In this document: one piece after another, positions 48,801-56,818 of the stretch
Numbering within the stretch: position 1 is the first letter of the stretch
How the letters are laid out: every line of letters begins with the position of its first letter
Origin: Akkermansia muciniphila
GTDB taxonomy: Bacteria > Verrucomicrobiota > Verrucomicrobiia > Limisphaerales > UBA9464
Direction: 5' to 3'
Assembly: GCA_945883815.1 (NCBI GenBank)
Contig: CAMCYJ010000007.1
Location: 11,717-75,716 of the forward strand
Length of the DNA: 64,000 bases
The notes under the pieces: model-generated
What the model saw: the letters and a program-made list of their open reading frames with translations, nothing else
The model's database searches: none
What the model was told of the DNA's origin: nothing
Program-made: the position numbers and the translations under genes

Positions 48801-49442
48801 CACCCCGTGGGTCATGTACATCTGGCCGTCGGGACCCCAGGTGAAGCCATTGAGGAGTTCGTGACGGTCTTCGAGACCAAAGCCGGTCTGGACAATGGTT
48901 TGCTTGTCGGCAACGAGATCTCCGTCGGTGTCCTCGAGGAAATACAAATTCGGCGCAGCCCCCAGATACACGCCGCCATTGGCCACCAGAATACCCGTGG
49001 CCAGAGTGAACCCGTCAGCGAATACCTTCACCGAGTCGGCCCGGCCGTCGCCGTCGGTGTCTTCGAGCACCTTGATGCGGTCGCGCCCCTTCTCTCCCGG
49101 CTTGGTGCCCAGCGGATACTCGTAGAGTTCCACCACCCAAAGGCGTCCTCGATCGTCCCAGGTCATGGCCACGGGATTGACCACTTCGGGCTCCGAGGCG
49201 AAGAGCCTCGCTTCAAAGCCCGGCAACAGCGTGAAGCGTTTGCGGGCTTCTTCGGGGCTGTAGGCGGGGTTGTCGGCCGGCTTGTGCTGACCCGCCAACT
49301 GCCGTCCCGACGGCGCGTTGGTGTACACTGGAAACCCAAACTTCGGATGCCGGGGCACTTCGGCCAGGAGGACCGAGGGGGTGACGGCTGAAAGTCCTGC
49401 GGCAAGGAGTGCGGCGAGGGACAGGCTCGATCGAAAGGTCAT
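45825..49442 (-). CDS. PVC-type heme-binding CxxCH protein (beta-propeller dehydrogenase-like + HEAT repeats + cytochrome c + C-terminal jelly-roll)
   Basis: FASEPEVVNPVAMTWDDRGRLW, EDTDGDGRAD, GPDGAVWVMDW, CLVCH, VGPDLTG and SAMPEGL. Confidence 0.9.
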   Translation of the reverse strand: MTFRSSLSLAALLAAGLSAVTPSVLLAEVPRHPKFGFPVYTNAPSGRQLAGQHKPADNPAYSPEEARKRFTLLPGFEARLFASEPEVVNPVAMTWDDRGRLWVVELYEYPLGTKPGEKGRDRIKVLEDTDGDGRADSVKVFADGFTLATGILVANGGVYLGAAPNLYFLEDTDGDLVADKQTIVQTGFGLEDRHELLNGFTWGPDGQMYMTHGVFTRTQAVDPSKPGEPVLLTAGVARFQPKTRRMEIFAEGTSNPWGVDFDARGNAFVSACVIDHFFHLAPGGLYQRQAGQPPYPYAYDLLPSIVDHKHHMAAYAGVNIYLGDQYPAEFRGMALQGNIHDNAIHRDRLTPQGSTFLASSNGDFLRANDGWFMPVSMQTGPDGAVWVMDWYDKYPCYQNAGADPEGVDRERGRIWRIVWAGDQPGRPVPARPAGLALAERSTPELVQTLGHSNVWQRRMAQRILAERPDIASQKSVLFQRMKSQGSEDARLAALWTLFSAGLADDAVLDEAADASVPSLRMWAARFTGENNRITERVHKRLELLATDENPTVLAAVATALRQFSGGSLTVNTPPGHDIAVLGPAVTSVTERLLGTAKASTDRDLPFLLWMAIEPNLLYDPNITAAWFQEKGERYLPLSGKLAYKMVRRFCDARKDWLVDKTLEIVASLDSASPLIPYLLDGLIDGQRGKALAPTQPTEALLQKLLSSSNLATVGKARQLGALWGDVGALRAQLARVSDTALPESERLEAIQGLRNQRGEDGRRALLALAGSDASDALRVAAVRVLTETGNDETARQLLAHWKAMTPAVRTAAAQFSTTRGAWKWALYNALDRGDIAKADIPATTVRSLLGSQNPDEREKAGRLFGRFQASGPEILQRIAAKRKVVIDGPVDLKAGHELAAKTCLVCHQLHGEGAAVGPDLTGVGRSSLDALLHNVINPNEIIGQGYENVEVETVDGQTHSGRMVENTANRVKLLMAGSSEVVIDRSNVKALRVTPNSAMPEGLDEMPDADFRNLIWYILAPPQDGKPLTPQRRKELIGETAAVLPDANNKGPAVATDGESLALWAPGWQVDCPEFEGAPAKYPEAVGRRNVLMTHPIDARRPAALVRAINLPREGKTALKFAVAAHDQGDWELRVVVEGEVIHRQAVNHEAPRWKDVSLDLTPYAGRRVVIRLENAATDWSWEFGYWADLRLETGAPLQARADGR

Positions 49443-49592
49443 GGCATCGGTGGCTGGAGGCTTTGGAAAGATCGGAATGCGGAATGTTGAAAAGGCAAGG
49501 TCCACCGGACCTAAACCCGGCGGCCGATACCACGGAACCCGTTGGAACGGTGTGTGAAGCAACCCGCCGGTTCCTCGCGGGCCACTGCGACT

Positions 49593-50468
49593 TCAGGAGG
49601 CGAAGATCTGATCCATCTCGGTGGAGAGCTTCTTGAGGCCCTCCGGGGAGCCAGCACCGCCCTGTTCAGCAATGCCCCACCCTTGATAACCAATCTCATC
49701 GATGGCCTTCATCACCGCGGGCCAGTTGTTGTCGCCCTTGAGGAACTCGGCATCGAAGCCAGCCCACTTGCCCTGCTTGTCGGCCTTGGCCCGGCTGTAT
49801 TCCTTGATGTGCAGCGTGGCGATGCGCTTGCCCAGGATGCGAACCCACTGCTCGGGCCATCCGTAATGGATCAGGTTCCCCACATCGAGGTGCCAGCCCA
49901 CCATCGGGCTCTTGAATTCATCGACATAGCGGGCGGCCTCGAGCGGGCTCAGCAGGAAATTGTTCCAGACGTTCTCGATGGCGATCTTCACGCCCAACTC
50001 CTCGGCCAGCGGCACCACCTTGCGGATCTCGGCCTGAGAGCGGGTGTAGGCGTCGGCGTAGCTAATGGAGGCATTGACCACCGCCGGCACGAGCAACACG
50101 GCCGGCGCCCCGTAGGCCTTGGCATCGCGCAGCGACAGCTTGAGCCCCTCAACACCGACCTCGCGGACAGCCGGATTGGGGTCGGACAGCGGCTTGGCCC
50201 AGTGCGTGTGGCAGCACACGGAACCCGCCTTGAGACCGGTGGACTTCAGGGCGGCGTTCATCTCGGCATTGTCCATGCCGCCCATCGGCTCCACCCCGTC
50301 ATAACCCGCCGCCTTGACCGCCTCCATTTTCTGCATCACCGAACCGGGGACGCCCACGGTGCCCCACATGATCCCCTTGAGGATCTTGCGCTTGGGGGCG
50401 GTCTGCGCGATGGCGGGCAACGAAGCTCCGAGGAGGGCGGCGGTCTGAAGAAAGTGACGGCGATTCAT
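49593..50468 (-). CDS. Tat-exported sugar phosphate isomerase/epimerase (xylose isomerase-like TIM barrel)
   Basis: MNRRHFL Tat signal, IAIENVWNNF, HLDVGN, LHIKEY and AEQGG. Confidence 0.9.
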   Translation of the reverse strand: MNRRHFLQTAALLGASLPAIAQTAPKRKILKGIMWGTVGVPGSVMQKMEAVKAAGYDGVEPMGGMDNAEMNAALKSTGLKAGSVCCHTHWAKPLSDPNPAVREVGVEGLKLSLRDAKAYGAPAVLLVPAVVNASISYADAYTRSQAEIRKVVPLAEELGVKIAIENVWNNFLLSPLEAARYVDEFKSPMVGWHLDVGNLIHYGWPEQWVRILGKRIATLHIKEYSRAKADKQGKWAGFDAEFLKGDNNWPAVMKAIDEIGYQGWGIAEQGGAGSPEGLKKLSTEMDQIFAS

Positions 50469-50534
50469 GGCTATGGAGAAATCGGGAGTTGGGGAAACAG
50501 ATCCGCAACAAACGCAGCGGAGACCGACGAGAAA

Positions 50535-50572
50535 AAGACCAACTGGGCCCGATGAAAAGCCCAGTTGGTCTT
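50535..50572 (-). terminator. 14-bp stem-loop between the Gfo/Idh/MocA and isomerase genes (terminator/attenuator-like on the minus strand)
   Basis: AAGACCAACTGGGC-N10-GCCCAGTTGGTCTT, followed by TTTC on the minus strand. Confidence 0.65.
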
Positions 50573-50582
50573 CGATGAGAGG

Positions 50583-51884
50583 TTAGGACAACTTGGTCTT
50601 GCCCGGAACCGGCAGCGGCTCGATCGGGAGCTTCATGTCCCAAGACATGTTGTCCGGAACGAGCTGAATCTTTGAATTGAGGGCCTGCTCCCAGGTGACC
50701 TCCTGGCCGGTGTAAGCCGAAAGGCGGCCCATGATGCCAGCCAACGTGCTGTTGACCATGCGGTCGCCGTCGTTGTGGAACTCGCCGGCGCGAATGGCCT
50801 TGTAGAGGTGCTGATGTTCGACCACGTACATGTCGGGATTTTCACCGCGATAACGCCAGCCGTTTGATCCGTCGGCGTTCTTGAAGTAGGCGTTGGACCA
50901 GCCGTTCCAGCCCTTGCCCTTGCCACCGAGCACGTAGTCGCTGTTGTCGCTGTAGCAGTTGGCGATCTGACGCTGGGCGATGACGCCGCGGGCGCCGTTG
51001 GCCCACTCGTAGGTGGCCGTCATGTGGTCAAAAATGTTGCCCTCGTAGTTCGGGTGCACCCGACCGCCGTTGGCCACGACCTTGGCCGGCGGCTTGTCGC
51101 CGAAGGCCCACATCATCTTGTCCACCGTGTGGATGCACTGCTCGACGAAGCCGTCACCAGCCAGCCAGGTGAAGTTCATCCAGTTGCGCATTTGCCACTC
51201 GAGGTCGCCCACGCCGTCCTTGCGTTGCGAGGGAGCCTGCATCGGCTTCACCGGGCCGGTCAGATAGGTGCCGTACATCGCCAGCACCTCGCCGATCTCA
51301 CCCTCGTTGATGCGCTTGAAGAACTCGCGCCGCGGCAACGAATAACGCCAGCAGTAACCGGCCACGATGTTGAGCTTGGCTTCCTTGGACATCCGGACCG
51401 ACTCCATCACGTGACGGATGCCGGCGCTGTCGGTGGCCATGGGCTTCTCGCAGAAGATGTGCTTCTTCTTCTCGACCGCGTAGCGGAGGTGGGTCGGACG
51501 GAATCCCGGGGGCGAGGCCAAGAGCACCACGTCAACACCGGCGTCGATCACCTTCTGGTAGGCATCCAGACCGACGAAGCGCTTGGAGGGCTCCACCTGC
51601 ACGCGGCCGGGGAACTGCTTGTCCAAGCTGGAGTGGCTCTGCTTGAGCTGATCTTCAAAGGCGTCGCCCATGGCCACAAGAATCAGGTTCTTGTCGGCCT
51701 CCAGCGCATTGCCGGCGGCACCGGTTCCTCGACCACCGCAGCCCACGAGGCCGATGCGGATGGTGTCGGTGTTGGCGGCGAAGGCTCGGTCTCGCATCAG
51801 CAGGGCCGGTGCGGCAAACGTCAGGGCAGCGGCGGTGGAGCTGGACTTGAGAAAGTCCCGGCGGTTCTCGAGAGGTGAATTCAT
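50583..51884 (-). CDS. Tat-exported Gfo/Idh/MocA-family oxidoreductase
   Basis: NRRDFLK Tat signal, GLVGCGGRGTGA, HIFCEKP and GDGFVEQCIH. Confidence 0.93.
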   Translation of the reverse strand: MNSPLENRRDFLKSSSTAAALTFAAPALLMRDRAFAANTDTIRIGLVGCGGRGTGAAGNALEADKNLILVAMGDAFEDQLKQSHSSLDKQFPGRVQVEPSKRFVGLDAYQKVIDAGVDVVLLASPPGFRPTHLRYAVEKKKHIFCEKPMATDSAGIRHVMESVRMSKEAKLNIVAGYCWRYSLPRREFFKRINEGEIGEVLAMYGTYLTGPVKPMQAPSQRKDGVGDLEWQMRNWMNFTWLAGDGFVEQCIHTVDKMMWAFGDKPPAKVVANGGRVHPNYEGNIFDHMTATYEWANGARGVIAQRQIANCYSDNSDYVLGGKGKGWNGWSNAYFKNADGSNGWRYRGENPDMYVVEHQHLYKAIRAGEFHNDGDRMVNSTLAGIMGRLSAYTGQEVTWEQALNSKIQLVPDNMSWDMKLPIEPLPVPGKTKLS

Positions 51885-52099
51885 GGCTGGGAAATGACGA
51901 CGCTCTTGGTCCGAAATTCAGCCCTCCCCGTCAAGCTCGGTGCCCGAAAACACGCAGAAAAATCACTCACCTCTCCGCGAAGAACCATGTGCGGCGACGC
52001 TCAAAATCAAAACACCATCCAACCTCGGGCCCAAAACTCTTTCGAAAAGACTGCTTGCCGATGCGTCTCTCCCCGATACCTTGCGCATCCGCTTTTGGC

Positions 52100-52174
52100 G
52101 GGTCGGTAGCTCAGCGGTAGAGCAGCGGCCTTTTAAGCCGTTGGTCCAGGGTTCAAATCCCTGCCGACCCACCA
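52100..52174 (+). tRNA. tRNA-Lys (anticodon TTT)
   Basis: Cloverleaf with acceptor GGGTCGG/CCGACCC, anticodon loop CTTTTAA, T-loop TTCAAAT and encoded CCA. Confidence 0.97.
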
Positions 52175-52245
52175 TCCGTTTTGGCGTAAAATTATAGCGT
52201 GACAATCATGGCGATAGTCTGCGAAAGACTCGCCGCTCTTTTTTA

Positions 52246-52320
52246 GACCCCATCGTCTAGCGGTTAGGACACCGCCCTTTCACGGCAGTAACCGGGGTTC
52301 GATTCCCCGTGGGGTCGCCA
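52246..52320 (+). tRNA. tRNA-Glu (anticodon TTC)
   Basis: Cloverleaf with acceptor GACCCCA/TGGGGTC, anticodon loop CTTTCAC, T-loop TTCGATT and encoded CCA. Confidence 0.97.
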
Positions 52321-52323
52321 TTT

Positions 52324-52360
52324 AAAACCCTCGGAAACACAACGTTTCCGGGGGTTTTTT
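52324..52360. terminator. Terminator after the tRNA pair
   Basis: AAAACCCTCGGAAAC-ACAAC-GTTTCCGGGGGTTTTTT. Confidence 0.85.
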
Positions 52361-52428
52361 ATTTTTCAGCCGCCACATCCGACCCATTCCTACCCGTTCC
52401 GACCTCAACCACATCAATCCAAGCCCAG

Positions 52429-53934
52429 TCAGGCCAGGATTCGCCGGATGATCTCGGGCTCGACCACGCCGGTCAGTTTCTGGTCGAGGCCACCGTAGAA
52501 GTAAGTGAGTCGCTGGGGATCCAGACCCATGAGGTGCAAGATCGTGGCGTGCAAGTCGCGGATGTGATGGCGATCCACAGCGGCCTCGTGGCCCAGTTCG
52601 TCTGTCTCGCCATAGCTGGTGCCGCCACGGACCCCACCACCCGCCAGCCAGTACGTGAAGCCCTTGGGGTTGTGGTCGCGGCCACCGTTGCCGCCCTGTG
52701 AGACCGCTTGGCGACCAAACTCGCCGCCCCAAACGATGAGCGTCGAATCGAGCAGTCCCCGCTGTTCGAGATCGGCCAAGAGGGCGGCGATGGGGCGATC
52801 GATCTCCGGCCCGTGAATGCGGAGGTTCTCCTCGACGCCATTGTGGGCATCCCAGTTCTGCTGCTGGTGACCACCTCCGTGATAAATCTGGATGAAGCGA
52901 ACACCCCGCTCGACCAAGCGCCGGGCGATGAGGCATTGGCGGCCGAAGGGCGCGGGCCCCAAGGCCAGCGGGTGATCATCCGGGCGCGACTGGTTCACGC
53001 CATAGCTCTCCAACGTAGCGGCCGATTCCTGCGACAGGTCGAGGGCGTCCGGGGCGCTGCGCTGGAGTTGGAAGGCCAACTCGTAGCTCGCGATCCGGGC
53101 CTGCAATTCGCTGAAACCCGGACGCGAGGCCAAATGCCCGGCGTTGAGCTCATTGAGCGTGGAAATGGTGTCGCGCTGGATTTGCGCCGGTGACCCGTCG
53201 GCCGGATCGAGGTTCAGGATGGGATTGCCCGAGGCCCGGAAGACCGTGCCCTGGTAAGCCGCGGGCATGAATCCGCTGGACCAATTGGCCGAACCGCTAA
53301 TGGGCCCTCCGCGCGGATCGAGCATGACCACGTAGCCCGGGAGGTTCGCGTTGGCCGAACCCAAACCATAGGACATCCAAGAACCCATCGACGGCCACCC
53401 TTGCAAAACACGGCCGCTGTTCATCTGGATCATGGCCGAACCGTGGGCGAAGGAGTCGGCATACAGCGACTTGATCACCGCCAGTTTGTCCATGTGGGCC
53501 GAGAGATGCGGCAACACGTCGCTGCACCACAAACCCGACTGGCCGTACTGACGGAAAGTCCGTTTGGAGCCGAGCAGGGTTCCGGGCTTCACGTCGCGGC
53601 GACGCTGTTCGAGCGACGCAGTCTGCCCGTGGCGACGGTTCAACTCCGGCTTGTAGTCGAAGAGGTCCATTTGCGAGGGCCCTCCGTACATGAACAGAAA
53701 AATGCAGGCCTTGGCCTTCGTTGGAAGGTGGGGTGGTTTCACGCGCATCGGATCCGACGACACGCTGGCGGCCACGTCGGGGCGCGCGAAGAAACCATCG
53801 GCCTCGAGCATTCCGGACAATGCCAAGCTGGTGAAACCCGCACCGAACTGGGCCAGGAAATCACGCCGGGATCCGGCGCACAGGGGAGAACTTGCGCGGG
53901 AGGCGCTGGAAGACGCGGAAGATTCAGTCGACAT
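52429..53934 (-). CDS. DUF1501-family protein (Tat signal)
   Basis: SRRDFLA, FMYGGPSQMDLFDYKP, ARRLVERGVRFIQ, GEFGR and GRDHNP. Confidence 0.93.
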   Translation of the reverse strand: MSTESSASSSASRASSPLCAGSRRDFLAQFGAGFTSLALSGMLEADGFFARPDVAASVSSDPMRVKPPHLPTKAKACIFLFMYGGPSQMDLFDYKPELNRRHGQTASLEQRRRDVKPGTLLGSKRTFRQYGQSGLWCSDVLPHLSAHMDKLAVIKSLYADSFAHGSAMIQMNSGRVLQGWPSMGSWMSYGLGSANANLPGYVVMLDPRGGPISGSANWSSGFMPAAYQGTVFRASGNPILNLDPADGSPAQIQRDTISTLNELNAGHLASRPGFSELQARIASYELAFQLQRSAPDALDLSQESAATLESYGVNQSRPDDHPLALGPAPFGRQCLIARRLVERGVRFIQIYHGGGHQQQNWDAHNGVEENLRIHGPEIDRPIAALLADLEQRGLLDSTLIVWGGEFGRQAVSQGGNGGRDHNPKGFTYWLAGGGVRGGTSYGETDELGHEAAVDRHHIRDLHATILHLMGLDPQRLTYFYGGLDQKLTGVVEPEIIRRILA

Positions 53935-56698
53935 AGGCCACTTCGTTGAGGTTGAGCATGAGCAGACAAGCGCTCTCGAAAGCCCGGTGACGGGCCCAAT
54001 TGGGCGGGCGCTCCGCCCACAACGGTCGAGGCGCACCACCCGATGGGGTCCACCGAAATTGATCCAAACTCACACCGGATCCCCAAGCTCGAACACCCAA
54101 ATGCCCCGAGGTCGAGAAACCCGTGGCCGCAGTGGCCTGCAACGCGGGAGCCGCATCGTCTCCCAAATAGACCCTCATGCGCCCGGCTTCGAGACGAACC
54201 CGAACCTTCAAGCGATCTCCCCGCAAAGCGACCCCATCGCGGGAAGCCAGCGACACCACCCCGGCGCCCGTCAACTGACGCAGCACCAATCGACTTTCTC
54301 GGGGCTCGAAGACCAACTCATGCCCGGTCTCGCCGGTGCCGCCAGATCCGACCGAAGCGCGCAAGAGCAGACCCACCTGGGAGCAGCCCACCTGGGGCAC
54401 GATTTCCACTGTCAGTTCGCCGTCGCTCACCGGGGCCCCACTCCAAAAAGCAAACGGACCGCGCCCTGGTTCCAATGCCCGATTGCCCTCGTATTCGCGC
54501 GGCCACAGACCTTTATGGCATTCCCAATCGGACCCGGGTGGCACCAGGAATCGATCTGGCGGAAGCGCATTGAAATAAGGCACCGACAACGTGTCAGGCA
54601 CGTCCGGTCGGAAGGTCAACCGGTGGCGCAGGCCTTCCCAAACCGATTCCTGACGCCGCTCATATTGGGACATCCGGGCCAATTCTTCCGGCAAGGGTTT
54701 ACGGCCGGTGGCCCGAGTCCAGGCGTGTTGCAAGAGCGTCTCCAAGGACGCACCGGATCCGGCTTCGGTGCGAATGCGATGGGCCAGTTCAACGGCCTGC
54801 TCTTGCACGAAGGCGTCATTCAGCAACATCAAGGCCTGCGGGGCCACCGTGGTGATGGGACGTTCCGAGAGGGGGGAGGTGGCGTTGCTGTAATCGAAGG
54901 CCTCAAACATCGGCACCATGGAAGTTCGCCGGATGTAGGCATAGACACTGCGCCGGGCCCGCTCACCGGTTCCGGACACCTGCCAGTCGGTGCCAGGTCG
55001 GGAGCCTCCCGCCAGCACCTCGCCGCTGAGCGCCGGGAAAAAACCCCGCCCACCGGCCTCCAAATTCAAGGCGCCCGAGATCGCCAGCAGGCTGTCGCGC
55101 AACGCCTCGGCATCCAGGCGACGGAGATTCTGACGCCACAAGAGGTCATTGGCTGGATCCGCCTTGAGGGCCTCTGGATTTTGCACCGACGACGATTGCA
55201 TCCAGGTGGCCGAGGTGAGGATGAGCCGGTGGAGAGCCTTGATCGACCCACCCTGGCGGATGAATTCGCTGGCCAGCCAGTCCAGCAGTTCCGGGTGAGT
55301 CGGAAGGCTTCCCACGCGCCCGAAATCAGTGGTGGTTCGGACCAACCCTCGACCGAAATGGTGATGCCAAACCCGGTTCACCAGCACCCGGGAGGTCAAT
55401 GGGTTGGCAGGGCTGGCGATCCACTCCGCCAAGGACTGCCGACGACCCGCCGTGGGCAAACCCTCTTTCCCGACCGGCGCATCGCCCCCTCCGGCTGCCC
55501 GCAGGAATCCGGGAGCCACTTCAGCACCCGGAGACCGGGGATTGCCTCGGGCCAATACTTGCACCGCCGGCGTCGGGCCACTGCGCTCACGGGCCGCCAG
55601 AGCCCATTCGAAGGGAGGCCCGGCCTTCTGGATTGCATCCATGCGTCGGGTGAGGTCTTTGCGAACCACCTCGTTGGTTGTCGCCGTGCGTTGCGTCTCC
55701 AACTCCTGCCTCTGGCGTTCCTGCGAGGCTTTCCAGGTCGCAATTTCAGCCGGTGAGGCCAAGGGCGCGAAGGACGGCGAGTCGAGTCCCGGGCCACCGT
55801 TGACGGCCGCATGCAATGGCCGGAAAATGGCGAGCATCGAATAGTAATCCCGCTGCGGAATGGGATCGAACTTGTGGTCGTGACAACGGGCACAGGCGAC
55901 GGTCATTCCCAGGAAGGCCGCCCCGGTGGTTCCCACGATGTCATCGAGCTCGTCGTACTCGGCCTGGAGTTTGTCGTCCGGCTCATCGTCGTGGACACCC
56001 ATGCGCAGGAAGCCGGTGGCCACCACCGCGTCCTTCCAGGCATTGCCCGCCCGACCATCTTTTTCCAACAGCGTCGCGGCCAATTCATCGCCGGCGATTT
56101 GCTCGCGGATGAACTGGTCGTAGGGCTTGTCCTGATTGAAGGCGCGGATCACGTAGTCTCGGTAGCGCCATGCTTCGCGTTTTTCTCCGTCCCGCTCGTA
56201 GCCATTGCTCTGGGCAAACCGGACGACATCCAACCAGTGGCGCCCCCACCGCTCGCCATAGCGCGGACTGGCCAACAACGCCTCGACCCGCCGAGACCAA
56301 GCCTCCGGAGACGGATCGCGTTCGAAGGCTGCGATCTCCTCGGGGGTCGGTGGCAACCCCACCAGATCGATATGGAGCCGCCGCAGGAGTTCCCGAGGGC
56401 TGGCCTGCGGACTCAGGCCGATTTTTTTCTCGGCAAGCTGCTGACGGACAAAAGCATCAATGGGGTTGGCGCTCGCTGGCTGGATTCCTCGAGGGATGCC
56501 CGGTGAGGTGATGGGACGGAAGGCCCACCAGTCCTGTGCGGCCCCGACCGTTTCGGCGGCCAGCGAAACGCAAAGGCCCAAAACCAGACAGAGACCCACC
56601 GGAATCCACGCGGACACGAGTGCCCTGCGGCTCCCCAAGCCAAGCTCTCGCCCTTCAAGAGGCGTGCAGCGTGGCGTCGCTGGATTGGGAGAAGTCAT
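53924..56698 (-). CDS. DUF1549/DUF1553 protein with ConA/DUF1080-like insertion near the C-terminus
   Basis: [55 protein letters not shown] and C-terminal LNLNEVAYVD. Confidence 0.92.
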   Translation of the reverse strand: MTSPNPATPRCTPLEGRELGLGSRRALVSAWIPVGLCLVLGLCVSLAAETVGAAQDWWAFRPITSPGIPRGIQPASANPIDAFVRQQLAEKKIGLSPQASPRELLRRLHIDLVGLPPTPEEIAAFERDPSPEAWSRRVEALLASPRYGERWGRHWLDVVRFAQSNGYERDGEKREAWRYRDYVIRAFNQDKPYDQFIREQIAGDELAATLLEKDGRAGNAWKDAVVATGFLRMGVHDDEPDDKLQAEYDELDDIVGTTGAAFLGMTVACARCHDHKFDPIPQRDYYSMLAIFRPLHAAVNGGPGLDSPSFAPLASPAEIATWKASQERQRQELETQRTATTNEVVRKDLTRRMDAIQKAGPPFEWALAARERSGPTPAVQVLARGNPRSPGAEVAPGFLRAAGGGDAPVGKEGLPTAGRRQSLAEWIASPANPLTSRVLVNRVWHHHFGRGLVRTTTDFGRVGSLPTHPELLDWLASEFIRQGGSIKALHRLILTSATWMQSSSVQNPEALKADPANDLLWRQNLRRLDAEALRDSLLAISGALNLEAGGRGFFPALSGEVLAGGSRPGTDWQVSGTGERARRSVYAYIRRTSMVPMFEAFDYSNATSPLSERPITTVAPQALMLLNDAFVQEQAVELAHRIRTEAGSGASLETLLQHAWTRATGRKPLPEELARMSQYERRQESVWEGLRHRLTFRPDVPDTLSVPYFNALPPDRFLVPPGSDWECHKGLWPREYEGNRALEPGRGPFAFWSGAPVSDGELTVEIVPQVGCSQVGLLLRASVGSGGTGETGHELVFEPRESRLVLRQLTGAGVVSLASRDGVALRGDRLKVRVRLEAGRMRVYLGDDAAPALQATAATGFSTSGHLGVRAWGSGVSLDQFRWTPSGGAPRPLWAERPPNWARHRAFESACLLMLNLNEVAYVD

Positions 56699-56818
56699 TG
56701 CACAACGGTTCCGCCTTGTCTCGACCGCGTCAAGGATGCCGCCACAGCACAAGGCCGACGGATTGCTTGCCCGGTTGGCGTCGCCCTCCAGCCCCGAGGC
56801 TCTGCCTGCTGTCCCGGT

